From positions 430,590 through 494,589 of the forward strand of contig CBDDEL010000014.1 in assembly GCA_965226885.1 (NCBI GenBank): a stretch of 64,000 nt of DNA, written 5' to 3'. A program made the translations under genes and the position numbers. Below, one piece after another: positions 62,161 through 64,000 of the stretch. Source of the DNA: Opitutales bacterium (GTDB lineage Bacteria; Verrucomicrobiota; Verrucomicrobiia; Opitutales; UBA2987). Under the pieces are notes generated by a model. The model saw only the letters and a list, made by a program, of their open reading frames with translations, had not been told where the DNA came from and did no database searches. Each line of letters opens with the position of its first letter. The stretch's first letter is position 1.

Positions 62161-63597
62161 CTAACTCCCAGCGGGCCCGCTGGGAGGCAAATCCCCGGTC
62201 CGCGCACATGGCCGCTATGGGTTCTTCCAGGTTGAAGCGGTTCTGTCTTTGCAAACTCTCTTGCATTTGTTCATTTTCGCTTGGAGTTCGGCTGCCGTAG
62301 AGTTTCCAGTCCAGCAGGTACCCTTCAACGCTTTCTCCCAAAAACAGGGTGTTGCCGAACTCGACCTCTTGGCCCGCTTTACCTCGCACAATCACCTGCC
62401 CATCGAGTTCGTAAACACTCAAGACTTTCTCTGCGTTTTTCACCTGGCGGCCGCCAATGATCCGCTCGTGCGCCTGTTTGATGACCACCGGGATTTGCTC
62501 GCTCATGCGCTCCATCCGGGCGAGGATCTGTTGGACCTGTTTTTCGCTGTAATCGCTTTGCTCCCAGCAGGCTTGCAATAATTCCCGGTGACTGCGGGCA
62601 TGCTCCCCGATCCGTTTGAGCAGCTTTTTCATCTGCCTCAAGATACCCTTGCGCTGCCGCGCGCTGTCCTTTCGCCGCCGGCTGTGGGTCATCTGTATGC
62701 ACAGCCGATTCATCTGCCGAGCCAAGGGCTCCGGTTCGATCGGCATGCGATGGCGCAAACCGGCCTTCTCGCGGATCAGCCGGATCGCTTTGAGCAACGT
62801 GCCGGCTACATCCTCGAGTAATACCCAGTCCGTCGGCCAATGAATGTTAGCCTCCAAACAGGTGCCGTCGATCAGGCAAATGGTGGTGTCAATCGGCTTG
62901 TCCAATCCCACCTGCCGGGCCAGAAGGGCATCGCCCACCACCTCAGTCAAGGTCCGGTGCAAGGCCCTCAACTGCTCTTCGCTGAAAAACTTCGAGGCCC
63001 GCTCCAGGGTGCTTTTGGAGATGCCCCTGATGCCATCGATCTGCCGGACACGGCAAAAGTCGGCCAACAGATCGCTGCTGCCCAGAGCCCGCGACAAATG
63101 CCGAAACGAAATCCCTCCGAGCAGACGGCCCAGCGTATCCATGCGCAGTGCCTTGATGGCAAAACTGGCCCGCTGCCGCCGGGCCTTTAGACCCATTGGC
63201 GGCCACCCCTCCAAGGCCAGCTCAATGGCCTGCGATTCCACCTCCGAGTCGATCAGCAGCCGATCGATTCGATCAATGGTGGCGCGGAAGTTATCGTCAT
63301 CAAGGCACCGGTCGACCACAGTTAAAGCTGGACGCAGGAGGCATTGGATGGCTATATTTTTCATAGAAAGGGCTATATTGATTTTGATTTTCGCTAACTC
63401 AATTATAGAACCCTTTTTTGGCCGGATCGAGCAAAAACTTGCTCTTTCCGGCTCTTTTTATCAACGTCATCCAGTTGACTATAAAATCTTTATATTTTTG
63501 GGACAGCCTCTAATTACGGACTGCCGTTTCATCGCATCAGGATGAAGCGGTCCGGTAGGTGCAATTCCCCTCAACTCAAGCGATGAGAGAAATGCGA

Positions 63598-64000
63598 TTA
63601 GTTTTCCCGCAAGAAACCCACGACTATGAGACCTGCAGACATCAATGCACCGGCAGCATAAAATATTGCCAGCAGGCCGGAAGCGTCACCAATCAATCCA
63701 AAAAAATAGGGTGAGATGGCTGCCAAGAGAAAAGTAGGCGTGTAATAAATAGCATATCCTTCACTGCGAAAGTCTTCATGCAATGTAGGGACCAATCCGA
63801 TATAGAGCACGGACGAAGTTCCATTCAGGAAAAATCCGAAAACAGGAAGAAAACAGAGCATGGCCCACCCGGACGGAATTGAGGGGAGGGCAAAGCAGCT
63901 TCCCGAAGGCCCCGCCGAAAAAAGTCAGAGACACGAACCAGCCAATGGAATCCTCTCGAAGGCCGGATTGAATCAGGTAGAAGCCGAGAAAGGCCATAAC
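63598..64000 (-). pseudogene. MFS-type transporter, C-terminal part (continues beyond window), probable frameshift near 63860-63880
   Basis: Two overlapping hydrophobic ORFs in different frames (63598-63861, 63776-63997) with TM-like segments. Assignment is weak. Confidence 0.35.

Larger units (their letters stand above)
60117..63510 (-). mobile_element. IS-B copy 5 carrying nested IS-A copy 7
   Basis: IRs at both ends. 6-bp direct repeat taatta (60111-60116, 63511-63516). Transposase split into 60312-60593 and 62165-63364. 6-bp duplication at 63380-63391. Confidence 0.9.

Noticed and set aside
10323-63510. Dozens of 60-150-aa ORFs recurring on both strands inside IS-A and IS-B copies
   Set aside because: They recur only because the IS copies recur. 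They are antisense or out of frame relative to the transposase genes and have biased, motif-free composition.
10323-63510. Highly repeated sequence blocks as a possible CRISPR array
   Set aside because: The repeat units are 1.5-1.8 kb, encode transposases, have terminal inverted repeats and target duplications, and are irregularly spaced. No short repeat-spacer periodicity exists.

Overview
This 64-kb window is an insertion-sequence-saturated region of a Gram-negative genome with moderate GC. The phylum cannot be assigned from sequence alone.

By my hand tally about 40 percent of the bases are IS-derived, from these families:
- IS-A: an IS1380-family element, 1567-bp consensus, 12-bp IR CCCGGATATTTC. 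There are 7 copies or parts, 4 with an intact transposase ORF.
- IS-B: a roughly 1.82-kb IS4/IS5-superfamily element, 15-bp IR GAGGCTGTCCCAAAA. There are 5 copies plus 2 fragments, all damaged in some way.
- IS21 family: one complete istAB copy and one partial copy.
- Two unrelated IS630-family elements.
- An IS3 remnant and a second-lineage IS1380 fragment.

Insertions are nested up to three deep (IS-A inside IS630 inside a phage terminase gene, IS-A inside IS-B three times, and IS-A inside IS-A).

A conventional housekeeping block lies at about 14.1-26.5 kb. It holds a REC-histidine kinase hybrid, proC, tRNA-Val(CAC), gmd, fcl, a hemolysin-III-like protein, a KDG-type sugar-acid module (2-hydroxyacid dehydrogenase, PfkB kinase, eda, SDR), a frameshifted FAD oxidoreductase, thiL and a CPBP protease.

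Accessory content includes:
- three paralogous outer-membrane beta-barrel genes
- a double spondin_N-like secreted protein
- a chemoreceptor with three exact 160-aa CHASE3 units
- an OprB-like porin
- a terS/terL prophage remnant with a serine recombinase
- a PhnF-like / PhnM-like / class-III aminotransferase / amidohydrolase / methyltransferase island.

The signal I find most unusual is mutational rather than genic. Short perfect tandem duplications of 2-30 bp recur throughout the window, and one quasi-palindrome has been corrected to a perfect palindrome. Together with IS insertions these are the main gene-inactivating lesions here.

All family assignments come from motif recognition by eye. 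No database search was possible.
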